Source: the human T2T-CHM13v2.0 reference genome, Homo sapiens
Reading direction: 5' to 3' (one strand)
DNA: 64,000 nucleotides
Assembly: GCF_009914755.1 (NCBI RefSeq)
Contig: NC_060946.1
Below are positions 1 to 13,779 of this stretch, piece after piece. Within the stretch, counting starts at the first letter, position 1; each line of letters opens with the position of its first letter. Position numbers and translations under genes: made by a program. The notes beneath the pieces are model-generated. The model was not told where the DNA came from and searched no databases. It worked only from the letters and a program-made list of their open reading frames with translations.

Positions 1-627
1 ATGTGCGTGGGGGGCACCCCTGTGTCCTAAGGTGTGAAGGCCCCTGCCCATGGGGGCTGGGCATGAGCTCAGTACAGCACCATCTCCAGGCAGAGCCAGG
101 GCTGGGCCAGGGCAGGAGGGCGCACTGTCAGGCTGGTTAGGATTCTGGGTTAGGGGGTACCTTCCCTCACCTTCTCCTGTGGCCCTCCCCAGAGTCCTGG
201 CCCCTGCCCATGGGCCTGACCCTGACCCTGAGACCGAACACCATAGCCCTGCCCACTGTCCCTCGTCCCAGCCCCAACAACTCTGCCTCCTCCCCATAAA
301 CTCCCCTCTTCCCAGGCCCTGGCCCCCACCTTGCAAACTTCCTGAGGGACAGATGCTTGAGACAGAGCAGGGATAGTGTGTTTGTGTAGGGGGTGAAGAC
401 ACCCCAATCCTAGCCTCTGTACCCCATCCTGTCCTTTGGAAGGTCAAAAGGCCCAGGCCCCCAGCCCAGGCTGCTAGCCCGACAGTCTGAAAAGCCGATC
501 TTGCACAATCGACGTCCTCTAGACCTGGTGGCCACCTGGCCATCGATCCGACATGGCCTGGGGGGAGGGGCTGGCAATAAGCAAGCAGCAGCAAAATGCT
601 GAGAGAGGTGTTTGAAAGCACAGACGT

Positions 628-958
628 GGCTGGGTGCAGTGGCTTACCCCCACACCTGTAATCCCAGCACTTTGGGATGCCAAGGAGGGAGGATCCCTTC
701 AGCCCAGGAGTTTGAGACCAGCCTAGTCAACATAGTGAGACCCTGTTTGTACAAAAAAAAATTTTTTTTAATTAGCTGGGCATAGTGGTGCACACCTGCA
801 GATCCCACTACTAGGGAGGCTGAGGTGGGAGGATCACTTGAGCCCTGGAGTTGGAGGCTGTAGTGAGCCATAACTGTGCTGCTGCACTCCAGCCTGGGTG
901 ACAGAGCAAGACCCTGTCTTGAAAAGAAAGAGAAAAGGAGAGGAAAGAAGAGAAGAGA
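628..958 (+). mobile_element. AluJ
   Basis: Alu dimer with purine-rich tail; TSD aaagcacagac. Confidence 0.9.
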
Positions 959-1454
959 AAAGCACAGACAAGGGTCCCAGAAAGCCGTGGGGGTAGGGGA
1001 CAGCCTGCCAAGGAGTCAGGGACTTCCTCTGTCAACAAGGGACACTCTTGTCCTCGCAGCAAAGAGACACGTTCACATAGATGGAACGGAAGCCTTGTTG
1101 CTCTGGGAATCTGCATTCCTAACACTGAGCCTCAGCCTCCTTGGTCCCCAAGGAAAAAGAAGCCTCCGGGAGGCCTGGTGAGGGGATGAGGGGAGGCTTG
1201 AAGGCTGGGCATGGTGGGGGCCGGACAGCGAGGAACACAGGCCTGACCCAGCAGGACAGGGCAGAGCAGGCCTCGGTGTGCCCACCACACTCAGGTGACC
1301 AAGATCCAGCGGGGTGCTGGAGAGTGGGCAGACCCAGCCAAAATCCCAGTCCCTCCACGTGTTGGTGACCCACAAGATGTCCCCAAGCTACCACTTCATG
1401 GCCTACGGATGGTGGGTGATAAAGCTGGTTGTTGTAGGCCAAAAAAAAAAAAAA

Positions 1455-1787
1455 AATGTAGGGTGGGCTCCTCGTCCGTATGATTGGTGTCCTTATCCAA
1501 AAGGGAAATATAGAGACAGAGACGCACGCCTACAGAGGGAATGCCGTGAAGGTAAAGGCAGAGAACGTGGCATTGCTTCTATAAGCCAAGGAACCCCACT
1601 GATTGCCAGCAAGACATCAGACGCCAAGAGAGAAGCCTGGAACACTCTTCCTCATACCTTCAGAAGGAACCAAGCCGGCCGACACCTGGATCTTGGACTC
1701 CAGCCCCCAGAACTGTGAGACACATTTCTGTCGTTCAAGCCCCTCAGGTGTGGGGTCATGTGAAGGCAGCCCTAGCCAACGAATACA
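1455..1787 (+). mobile_element. MLT1-family LTR fragment
   Basis: tggtgtccttat...gacacctggatcttggactccagcccccagaactgtgaga...gaataca, a typical MLT1 3' half. Confidence 0.75.
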
Positions 1788-2500
1788 ATGCCCATTGCAC
1801 TAGTATTAGGTAAATGCTATGCAAAGCCTGTTCCTGTGTCTAGCTTCCTCCCGGGCTCCTGCGCACAGCAGGCGCTCACTCATTGTCCACTGAAGAGACT
1901 GAAGAGCCAAGATATCTGTATTTTTATCAGGAGCCTTCAGGCCATGTGATGCCTTAAGCCATGGAGTGGACGCTCAGGCAGAGCGGAATTGGGGGTAACC
2001 TTGTCTGAGCTCAGAGAAAGCCCTAGAAGCAAGAACACAACAACCCAGCTCTTATACACAAACCCCCAAGTCACAGCACTTGTTCTCCGAAATTTTCCAG
2101 TTTGGGGTCTACTTGTTTCTTTCCCTATTCTCCCCACCCCCTTTTGACTGTGAGTCCCATGAAGATTTCTCAATCTTGCAAGTTGTCGGTCCCACTCCCT
2201 CAACACTCTTAGCCTAGAACAGTGCCTGGCACACAGGAGGAATAAATATTTGTTGAGTGAACAAATGACAGTTACTGTTAACTCCTTTGATGATAACACA
2301 GTAAGGATTTTGACAGCTGGGCCCTCCACACAGTCGATCACAATGATGCCACAAATCTAGGCTTCAGAGTGGGAATATGGGTCTCCACTGAGCAGAAGAG
2401 GAGACTGAGGATCTGAAAGGAGAAGTTCACCTGCCCCGGGTCCCGCCACCCACTGCAGGTGGAACATAGACTCCAGCCTGGTCTCTTTGATGGGGGGTGT

Positions 2501-2948
2501 CGCTGTTTCCAGGGGCTGCCATAACAGATGACCCCAAACTGGGTGGCTTAAAACAACAGGGATTTGTTCCTTCACAGCTCTGAGGCCAGATGTCTGAAAT
2601 CAAAGTGTTGGTAGGCTCATTGCCTCTCCAGAGGCTCTAGAAAAGAAATCCCTCCTTGTCTCTTGCTAGCTTTCGGTCCTCTGGCAATTCTTGGTGTTTC
2701 CTGGCTTGGAGGTGCAACGCTCCAATCTCTGCCTCCATCATAGCACGAGCTTCTTCCTTGTGTGTGTGTCTCAGTGTTCAATTGCACACACTTTATAAAG
2801 ACATCAGTCATCATGGATTTGTGCCCCACCCGAAACCAGTAGGACCCCATTTTAACTTGCTTCCATCTGCAAAGACCCTATTTCCAAATAAGGTCATATT
2901 CACAGGTTATGTGTAGGCATGAATTTTGAGGGGACACTGTTCAGTCCT
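2501..2948 (-). mobile_element. MLT1-family LTR
   Basis: ggctgccataaca...gtggcttaaaacaaca...tctgcaaagaccctatttccaaataaggtcatattcacagg. Confidence 0.8.
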
Positions 2949-3246
2949 AGTACAAGAACTGATGGTACTATTCTCGGTGGGAGGAAAGGATCAGATAGCA
3001 GGAGGGCCACCCTCTCCTCATCCTCCTGTCCTGTGGGCTAGCCACGTCTCAGAGGTCAAGGAGGCTGCTGTGGGAAATACCTTACCACCTTCTCTACTCT
3101 TTGCTGAGCCGAGCCTCTCTCTGAAACCTACAGGGGAGGCCCAGGGTCTGTGGTGAGGAGGTGAGGGGCGGGCTCTGTGTGCTCCAGCCAGACGCTGTCT
3201 AGACGGTGGCTGGAAGCATGGGGCTCCTCTGGGCTCCAGGGCAGGG

Positions 3247-4005
<759 letters not shown>

Positions 4006-4397
4006 TATTAAGCAGGGTGAGGCAGGCAGGGGCAGGCTGGCTGTTGACAATGCTGTGGACAAGTGTCCCAAAGGTTCCACATGACCATGAGTCCTCAAGT
4101 CACTTCTGAAGTGTGTCCTCTCCCTACACCTGAGCTACCACCATCTTACTCTCCTCCCCCAAAATCACAGTTATGACCTGCTTCCTTCCACCTCCCACAG
4201 GCCTCTAAAGCCTGAACTGCTCAATAGATGCAACTTTTCTGAGGCCACCTAGGCAGGGTCCCCAGAGGCCACCTCTGCCATCTCTTTCCAATGCACGGTG
4301 TCCCTACTGCAATTCACTTGTTCGTTCATTTGATTGGTGTTGAGCCTCAACACAGCCACAAAAGAGAACAAGAAAAATAACATAAAAAGGATAAGGA

Positions 4398-4684
4398 GTC
4401 TGGGCAAGGTGGCTCATGCCTGTAATCCCAGCACTTTGGGAGGCCAAGGTGGGAGGAATATTTGAGCCCAGGAGTTCAAGATCAGCCTGGGCAACATAGC
4501 AAGACCCAGCCTCTACAAAAATACAAACATTAGCCAAGTGTGGCGGCATGTACCTGTAGTCCCAACTACTCGGGAGGCTGAGGGGAGAGGATCACTTGAG
4601 CCCAAGAAGTTGAGGCTGCAGTGAGCCATGCTCCTGCCACTGCACTCCAACCTGGGCAAGACCCTGTCTCTAAAAAAATAAAAA
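4398..4684 (+). mobile_element. AluJ
   Basis: Alu dimer with J-type ttgagcccaggagttc. Confidence 0.88.
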
Positions 4685-4790
4685 TGTAAGGAGGTTAGGA
4701 AGCAGCAAGGAAGATTTTTTTTCTAGAGCCTTCAGGGAGAGAATGAGCCTGCCAACACTTTGATTTTAGGCAAGAATAAAAAGAGAGGGG

Positions 4791-5100
<310 letters not shown>

Positions 5101-5931
5101 AAGATGTAAAAGAAATAGAACAAGTCTCAGTTGCTGCCCTTGAAGAAAGCTGCCAAGCCTAGGGAAACAGACAGTGGGACAGAAGCTTGGCAGGCACTTG
5201 GCCCCGCCCACCACGTGACAGCACCCGGTGGAGGACAGGACCCTCAGCAGTACATGGAGATGCTTCTTATGTGCTTGGAGGAATAAGAATCCACCAGAAT
5301 GGCCTGTCACCAACAGGTGTGGGACCTCTCAGGAGTCCCCATCTCTGTGGCTTGTCTTCCTCCATCTGTACAGGGATTTAAGGATCCTAAGGCTTAGAAT
5401 AATCTATGGCTTACAATACAGCTAACCAGACCCAGGATAGGCCTGATCTCCAATAAGAAAAATGGTCACTTCACCCATCTGAGGTGAGAAAGTGGAGTTT
5501 CAGAGCAGTGATTTGCTTGATGTCACACAGTCAGGAAGTGCTAGGAGCTGGATTCAAACCCAGGACCCTCTGGCTTCAGAGCCAGTTGTCCTTCCCAGTG
5601 ACACCTTCTCCTGTCTCTGTGTTCCTTCCCACTGCCCACACCACCACTCCTGAGCCCTCGGCCTCTGTCTCAGCCCTGGGTCCTGGCCTCTGGCCTCTGT
5701 CTGAAGATGCTGCTAGGACAAACTCACCACCAGGCCCTGGCATGCCCAGTCGCTTCTTTCCCAGATGGGCAGTCGGGGTACAGATGCTGATCAGGGGTTT
5801 GGGGTTTGGGAGGGGCTGCTTCAAGCCACCTTGGGGACACAGAATGGAAACTCTGCATGCATCACTCAGCCTGACCTTCTCCTCCACTGTGGGATTGTAG
5901 CAGGTGGGGCTCCCAGAACAGATAGGGGGAC

Positions 5932-6293
5932 TATATTAGTCCATTTTCATGCTGTTATGAAAAAATACCCAAGATTGGGTAATTTATAAAGAAAAAGAGG
6001 TTTAATGGCCTCACAGTTCCACATGGCTGCGGAGGCCTCAAAATCATGGCAGAAGGCAAAGGAGGAGTAAGGGCACGTCTTACATGGTGGCGGGCAAGAG
6101 TGTGTGCAGGGGAACTGTCCTTTACAAAACCATTAGAGCTCATGAGACTTATTCACTATCACAAGAACGGCATGGGAAAAACCTGCCCCCATGATTCAAT
6201 TACCTCCCACCTGGTCCTTCCCACTACACGTGGGGATAATGGAAGCTACAATTTGAAATGAGATTTGGGTGGGGACACAGCCAAACCACATCA
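5932..6293 (-). mobile_element. THE1-family (THE1B/C-like) solo LTR
   Basis: Termini tatattagtcc... and ...gggacacagccaaaccacatca; flanks gggac/gggag. Confidence 0.88.
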
Positions 6294-7298
6294 GGGAGCC
6301 AGACCCAGAGAGTGGGTGGAGACTACCCAAGGTTGCACAGCAATGCTGAGGCAGGGCTGGGACTGGAACCCAGGTGACCTGATTCCCAGCCTGTACTCTT
6401 CCCAGTATACTGTCCAAAAATGAATTCTAAAAACTAAAACAAAAGAACAATATTACTTATTTCCATATACATAAGGCTTTAGGCAGAGAGTCAACAAAAA
6501 TTTCCAAAGGACACAAAATTGCAATTTTCAACTTTTTTTTTTTTTTTTTTTTTTTTTTGCCTCAAAACATTGCAGGCAGAGCCTCCTCTAAAGACAGTCC
6601 GGTTTGTGGGACTAGCTCTTGCCCTTGAAGGGGGCCCTGTCCAAGGTCACAGACACCTAAATTTCCCCAAGGAGGCTCTTTCCTGCTGCCCTTTCATGGG
6701 AAGACCCCAGCACTCACTCAGGTTCCCCGAGTACCTCTATTCTCCTTGGTCATCTGTGTCAGACAGCTGTTGACTTGGTGGGCCCGAGAGAGCTCCTGAT
6801 ACCAGTCGGCTCTGTTGCCTCTTCCCTCCACGTTGGTTTCTCAGAACCTTGGTCATTCCAGGTTTTCAAAGCCTCTAAGTAACTTCCCCTCCCACCTTTC
6901 CTTCCTTCCTTTCTCCTTTTCCTTTTTCCCTCCTCCCCTTTGCCCATTTACCAACCTACACATCCATTCAACGAACAACCTGTGGCAGGTGCTGGGATTC
7001 AATAATGGATGGATCACGGAGGATCGAGGATCGTTAACTGGAGAGAGTTGCAGCTGAGCTCAGCAAGCAGGGGGTGGGGGCACGGAGCAGCCAGCACACC
7101 TGGGGTCAGGAAGAAGTGATCTTTACAATAAATCCCGCAGGATGCTCTTCCTTTCTCCCTCCCTCTCTACCGTGCAGACACATTTTGCTTGGCTTGCTTG
7201 TTTTCTGTTTTTAAAAGATGAGTGGCCAATATTTAAAAATAAGGACACTTTGCAGGAAAAACTGAATTTTCAGCTTCTCTTAAAAATGTAGAAGATCA

Positions 7299-7595
<297 letters not shown>

Positions 7596-8269
7596 GTAGA
7601 TGACCTAGCTGATCCCCAACATGGCAACAATCAGCGATGGCTGCCCTGGAGCAATTTCGGTTTGACACAGACCTCACCACTCCCTATTGTATCACACTGC
7701 ATGGGTTAAAAAGAGTTACTAGAGTCAGGAGCCTGAGTTTGAGTCCTGGCTCCACCACTTATTTGGCCACATGCCCTTGAGCTACAAGGTATTTGATTTT
7801 ACTGGGCCTTCATTTCCTCATATAGAAAATGAGACAGTAAGCCTAAGTGTTGTGAAGATTGACAGAACCTGTGTGAGGAACTTAGAACGGGGCCCGCATC
7901 TACTGGGTGTACACCGTCAGCATTTCATCACTGCAGCTAATATCTACCCAAACCCCAGTCCCTGTCAGCATCTGAGTTTGGGATCCCAGCAGCAAAGGTT
8001 TCATTGTTAGTTTCATATTTGCATAAATTACAAGCAATAGAATTCTCTCGCCAACATGTACCGTTCCTGGCTGATTGCTCGGACTGACAGTGTAACGGGT
8101 GCTCTCCTACACCCACTGTTACGAGAATCACTGGACCGTTGGCCGGGGACGGCCAGCCACCCACCATCAAGCCCGTTCCAAGCAACCCGAGCTCTCTCAA
8201 ACCGAAATGTCCAATTTGAACAGTCCAGTGCACATAGTAGAAGCTCAATAAATAGATTAGAATGAATGA

Positions 8270-8609
<340 letters not shown>

Positions 8610-9113
8610 TTTGAAATTTCACTTCTTCACCCCATTTTAGATGAAGAGACTGAGGCTCAAAGGGGCCAAGTGGTACAGAATTGGGAGGGACAAAATGTCC
8701 TCGGCCCTGAGCTAGGCGGGTGGCAGCCAGCACGGCTGGATTTGAGAGGTAGGAAGAAGACCTCATAGGTTTCCTTCAGCATTTGTCACACCTCCTAGAA
8801 TCTTGTCATCATAGATTTGGGCCTTATCTCAAACCATCATCCCCCAAGACCTACCCAGGTGCTTGAGGGAGATGAGCTGTCAGGGATAGGAGGTTGGAAA
8901 GGGCAGGGAGGTGGCAGGAGACACCGAGCCTGCAGGTGTCCAGCTCATCCCCTGCCCCAAACAGCCATCACCAACACAGCAACAGAGTATCCAAAAGGCC
9001 AGCCAGCAAGTCAGCAGCTTCCACATCTCTGGCCCCTGGCTGCCCTGGTCACAGCCCTGTCTCTGTCTGTCTCTCCCACGGCTAGCTCTTCTCTCCTAAG
9101 TACTTTACATTAA

Positions 9114-9414
<301 letters not shown>

Positions 9415-9530
9415 ACATTCAATTATTTCTTTCATCCTCACAACAGTCCTGGTATTGTCCCCTTTTACAGATGAGAAAACTGAGGCACGGAGAAGCTTAG
9501 GTATTTGTCCAAAGTCACAGCTGATAGGCA

Positions 9531-9650
9531 GCAGGGCCAGTACTTAACCCAGGCTGCGGGGCTCCAGAGTGAGGGGGCCAGTACTTAACCCGGCTGCGGG
9601 GCTCCAGAGTGAGGGGGCCAGTACTTAACCCGGCTGCGGGGCTCCAGAGT
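9531..9650. repeat. 3 x 40-bp tandem repeat inside a MIR (~9420-9680)
   Basis: Unit gagggggccagtacttaacccggctgcggggctccagagt; copies 2 and 3 are identical. Confidence 0.92.
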
Positions 9651-12600
9651 TAAGGCTATAACCACTATGCCACACTGCCCCAAGGTGTCCACAAAGGCTG
9701 AAAGTGTAGAATGAAGGGGGCTTTGCTCGCTGCTGGATCCCCAACACCGTGACTTGCAGGTACTAGGCCCTCCTAAATGTCTGTTGAATGAATAAATGAA
9801 TGAATGAACAATTCCTTCCTCTTCTAAGAACCATCCTCAAGCAGCTATCCAAAACTACCTGAACTCTGGCTCAGCCTCTCTTGCTAAAGCCCCGCACGGC
9901 ATTCCACAATTCCTCCCCAGGTTAGAAGACTCCACCAGAGTGTTCACTGGCACCATTTCCTGATCAAGGCTTGTGCTCACAGGACCGGGTTGATTTTCTT
10001 CCACACCGAAGGAGGGCTGTGATCAGCTGGTCTACTTGTATGTGTCCTCCAGAGTCACTCCCTCCCAGACAAGGTTGGAGACTCTTTGTGGACAGAGCAG
10101 TAGCCGGCCTCCTCTCTGTGGCCAGTGCCCAGCATGAGGCCAGGTAAATAGAGGAATGGGAGATGAGACATTGTCTGCCAGCTCTGCTCCTCCCTCCGTC
10201 TGCATCCTGGCTTCCTGGAATCGTAGACTGGGCACTCCCCCCTCCACTACCCGACCTGCGTCTCTCACCACTCAGCGCTTCCTGCCTCACTTTCTGCCAG
10301 GCTCTGTGATGGGAGCCTCGAGTGTGTCATAGCCCTGGTGGTGGAAAATGTCTCTAAGCAAGTCAGCCTAGGGGATGTCCCAGGCCTGTCACAGGTGCTG
10401 GTGGTGAGCTCAAATTTAATCAACACTCCCTCCCCCACTACCAAACGCACTGTGTGGCCCGGGACACGGCACCGCCATCCCCTCAGGGCCTCTGGGCCTC
10501 TACTGAGGAACAAGACTTAGAACCTCTGTCATTCCTATCTTGGTAGGTCACTGTGTGTTTGTGTGGGATACCAGGGGTGCACACCCTTTAGAAGCTGTAA
10601 GAAGCTGTGCCATGTGGGTGCTAAATATTGCCTGGGTTCAACTTGCTCCACTACATTCTAGCTGTGTGATCATGGGTAAGTCACTTGGCCACTCTGAGCC
10701 ATAGGCTCAGCTATAAAATGGGCTAAGAATAGTACCTCCCTCATGGCATTTGCTTAAGGATCCAGTGAGTTAAGGATGCTTCCAGAGAGTGGAAGGATCA
10801 ATGTGCTTATAACAGAGTCTGACGCATCTAAGTGCTCAATACATGCAGTTCTCGAAGACTTTGAAGGACCGAGAACATTCCACAGTGGCTCTCACAGATC
10901 CTTGACCCCAAAGCTGTCCCTCCCCCACTGCCTGTTGATAAAGCCCAAATTGTCAAATAGTGGCTGCTAATCTGCAAGAACAATTCCTCTCTCTTCCAAG
11001 CACCATCCTCAATCAACTATAACCAAAACTAGCTGAGTTCCAGTTGAGCCCCCTTGCTAAAGCTCCACCCAACATTCCACCCTCCTTCCCCAATTAGAAG
11101 GTCCTTTCAGAGTCTTCTTGTGCCTGGCTTTTCTGACTAAAGTCTTGAGCTAACGGGGCTCTACCTGATGTTCTTCCAAAGCTATTAGTATCACCCTTAG
11201 ATCCCCAGAATCTAGCCCAGGCTCTGACCCACGGCACAACAGTTGGTTATAACAGAGGTAGCTCAGGAGGGGGACAGTAGGAGGAAGTAATCTACTCTAC
11301 TTGGGGGCAAATCAGAGGGCCTGCCAGAAGCAGAGATGCTTGAGTGGGGTTCTGAGGGATGCATAGGAACCTGAGGGTAGATAGCTTGGGTGGCAGGGCA
11401 GGGCTACTTCAAACCCAGGGATCAGCAGGTGCCAAGCAAATGAGTCAGTTGCAATCCCTACTCTCATCCCCACCCCCCAACCCCAGCGTGAACTCTTGAT
11501 GTAAAATACATGTAGCCCAGGCCTTAAGCCATATTCCATGTGGCACCTGGAACCACAGAATGTCAGGGCTAGGAGAGCACTTAGAAATCATCCAATCTGC
11601 CTGCCCAATTCACAGATGGGGCAACTGAGGCATAAGAGCAGATGGGACCTCCCCAAAGTCCCCCAAGCCATGGACGATCACATTAAGGACCTCAGCCATT
11701 ATCCTGAAAATGACAGTGGGTCACTGGAGGTTTAGCAAGGATGTGGTGTGGCCAGATACGACCCTTAGCCAGATCAGCCTGGCAGGGCTCAGAGGTGGAA
11801 GGATCAGAGGGGCAGGCGGCTGTGGGGACAGGCAGACCGAGGAGGAGGCTGAGCAGGCATACGAGTGAGAGGTGATGGCGTCAGGTCTGTGGCACGGAGG
11901 TCACCAGGGTGGGGGTGGGAGAAGCCAGTGAAATGCTGGCCCAGAGGGACACTGGACCAGCTTGGAGGGTGGAGGCAGTAGGAGGGGCTCAGCAGTTACG
12001 GAGGAGGAGGAGGTAAGACCACCTCGGCCTGACCAACCAGCATCGCCCTCAGCCTTCTCTCCTGGCCACCGGTCAGCCCCATCTACCTGCCAAACTATCA
12101 AAGGGCTTTGCTTTTTCTCCCACAGTCACACTAATGGATCATGGCATCTTATTTTCCCCCCGAAGTTGACTGCCAGGAAGCTTAGAATGAAATTTTACCA
12201 GGTATTTTCCCATTAGTATAATTATCTCCTATGTAGCCTTCTGTATGCTAAGGGCCAAAAGCTCCGGAGTCAGATGTACCTGAGTTTGAATCCTGATGCT
12301 ACCAACCATCAGCTGCGTTGCTCCACCTCCCTGGGCCTGTTTCCTAATCAGCAAAATGGGGAATAAAGCACCTGCTTCTCAAGGTTGTTTCCAGATGATG
12401 AGAGATGACGCCCAGGCCATGCTGGCACAATGTGTAGAGTGGAAGTATTGGTTCTCTTGCCCCTTCTTACTGTCCTCCTTGGTCTGTTTTTTCAGCTGTC
12501 AGTAATGAGGAGGACAGTGGTGGGTGCTTCATCCTGGACCTGGGCCTACAGTTTCCACCATAATTTACTTGGGAAATGCAGGCACCTGAAGTTGCTTCGA

Positions 12601-13403
12601 ATGAGAGATGGGAGGTGGGGGAACGGAGGAAGCAAAATAACAAACCTAGTTCAACAAAGAGGAAACATGAGAGGCTGGAAGGCCCCCCCCTCCCCCCACC
12701 TCTCCTCCTTTTTCTCTTACCCCCAAGATCTGCCCTGGCTGCCTCCTGCTTCCCGCTCTGTACCTGACGGTTCTCCAGGGCCCCAGCGGCTGCCCGGTCC
12801 CCAGCTGGTGCCGCTCCTGTCTCCTGAATCTGACCCAGGCCCCTCCTGCAATCTGACCACCACCCCTGCCTCCAGCTGCTTCCTCTTTGTCTCCTCTCCC
12901 AAGATCCACACTCGGATCCACACTGGGCATGACACACAGTGACCGCTGGCCCATCCCTTCATCTGCACCCGGTATAAGGTGGCCCTGACTCTGCTCCCTG
13001 CCAGCTCAAGTCTCTCACCAGACATGGTGGGGACAGCTGGGCTCCCTGGGCTTGCCTCTCACAGGTCCCTCTCAGCTTTCCAGTCTCCATCCTCTCAGCT
13101 TCAGTTTTCCTTGCCTGGGAAATCGGAGTTGGGAAACCTAAGAGCTCCTTTTGTGTTAGGAACCTGAGGAATTATGCGGTCCAGAGATGTCATCAGCTAT
13201 CAGCTGTGACCAACTGGGGGCTGCCTATAGCGCAGCATTGCAGAATCTGAAGCTGCACCCAGGCTCTGCAGGAGGAGAGCTGTGTTCAATTAGAAATGTC
13301 TGCCGTGCATGGGTGCAATTGATTAGTAATGTCTGCCATGAGTGTGGCTTTATGAATGCCAGGAATTGCCATCCCTGGTCTGGTCCAACTTTTATCAGGA
13401 CAC

Positions 13404-13457
13404 TATCTATCTATCATCTATCTACCTATCTGGAGGGAGGGGGATAGAGAGGGGGGG

Positions 13458-13518
<61 letters not shown>
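13404..13518. repeat. Compound simple repeat: (ATCT)n, G-run, (GA)n
   Basis: Read directly. Confidence 0.93.
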
Positions 13519-13779
13519 TTCGTCATCAAGTGCAATATTTCCCCAGGCATAGACTTGTGGGATATGGCCATGAGCTGATACCTGGACACAGAATAAGACA
13601 GACAGTCCTGACTCCTATTAGTGAAAAAGATATTCCCTTTACAATCCTTTTCCTTTCTCTCAAGGAGGAAGTTTGCATTTGGCCCTGGGATGTCTTCGAC
13701 AGCTCCCCAGCAGCTTCTCATTTCCCCTTTAAGAGACAACAGGTTTACCGCAGGCAATGAATATCAACACTATTTTGTT

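Noticed and set aside
1-600. Possible exons of flanking genes (TMPRSS6 expected to the left, C1QTNF6 to the right)
   Set aside because: No recognisable coding sequence for either gene lies inside the window.
5932-6293. Second THE1 LTR as an IL2RB promoter
   Set aside because: It lies downstream of the gene, points away from it, and lacks the GTAAGT donor seen in the 62.9-kb LTR.
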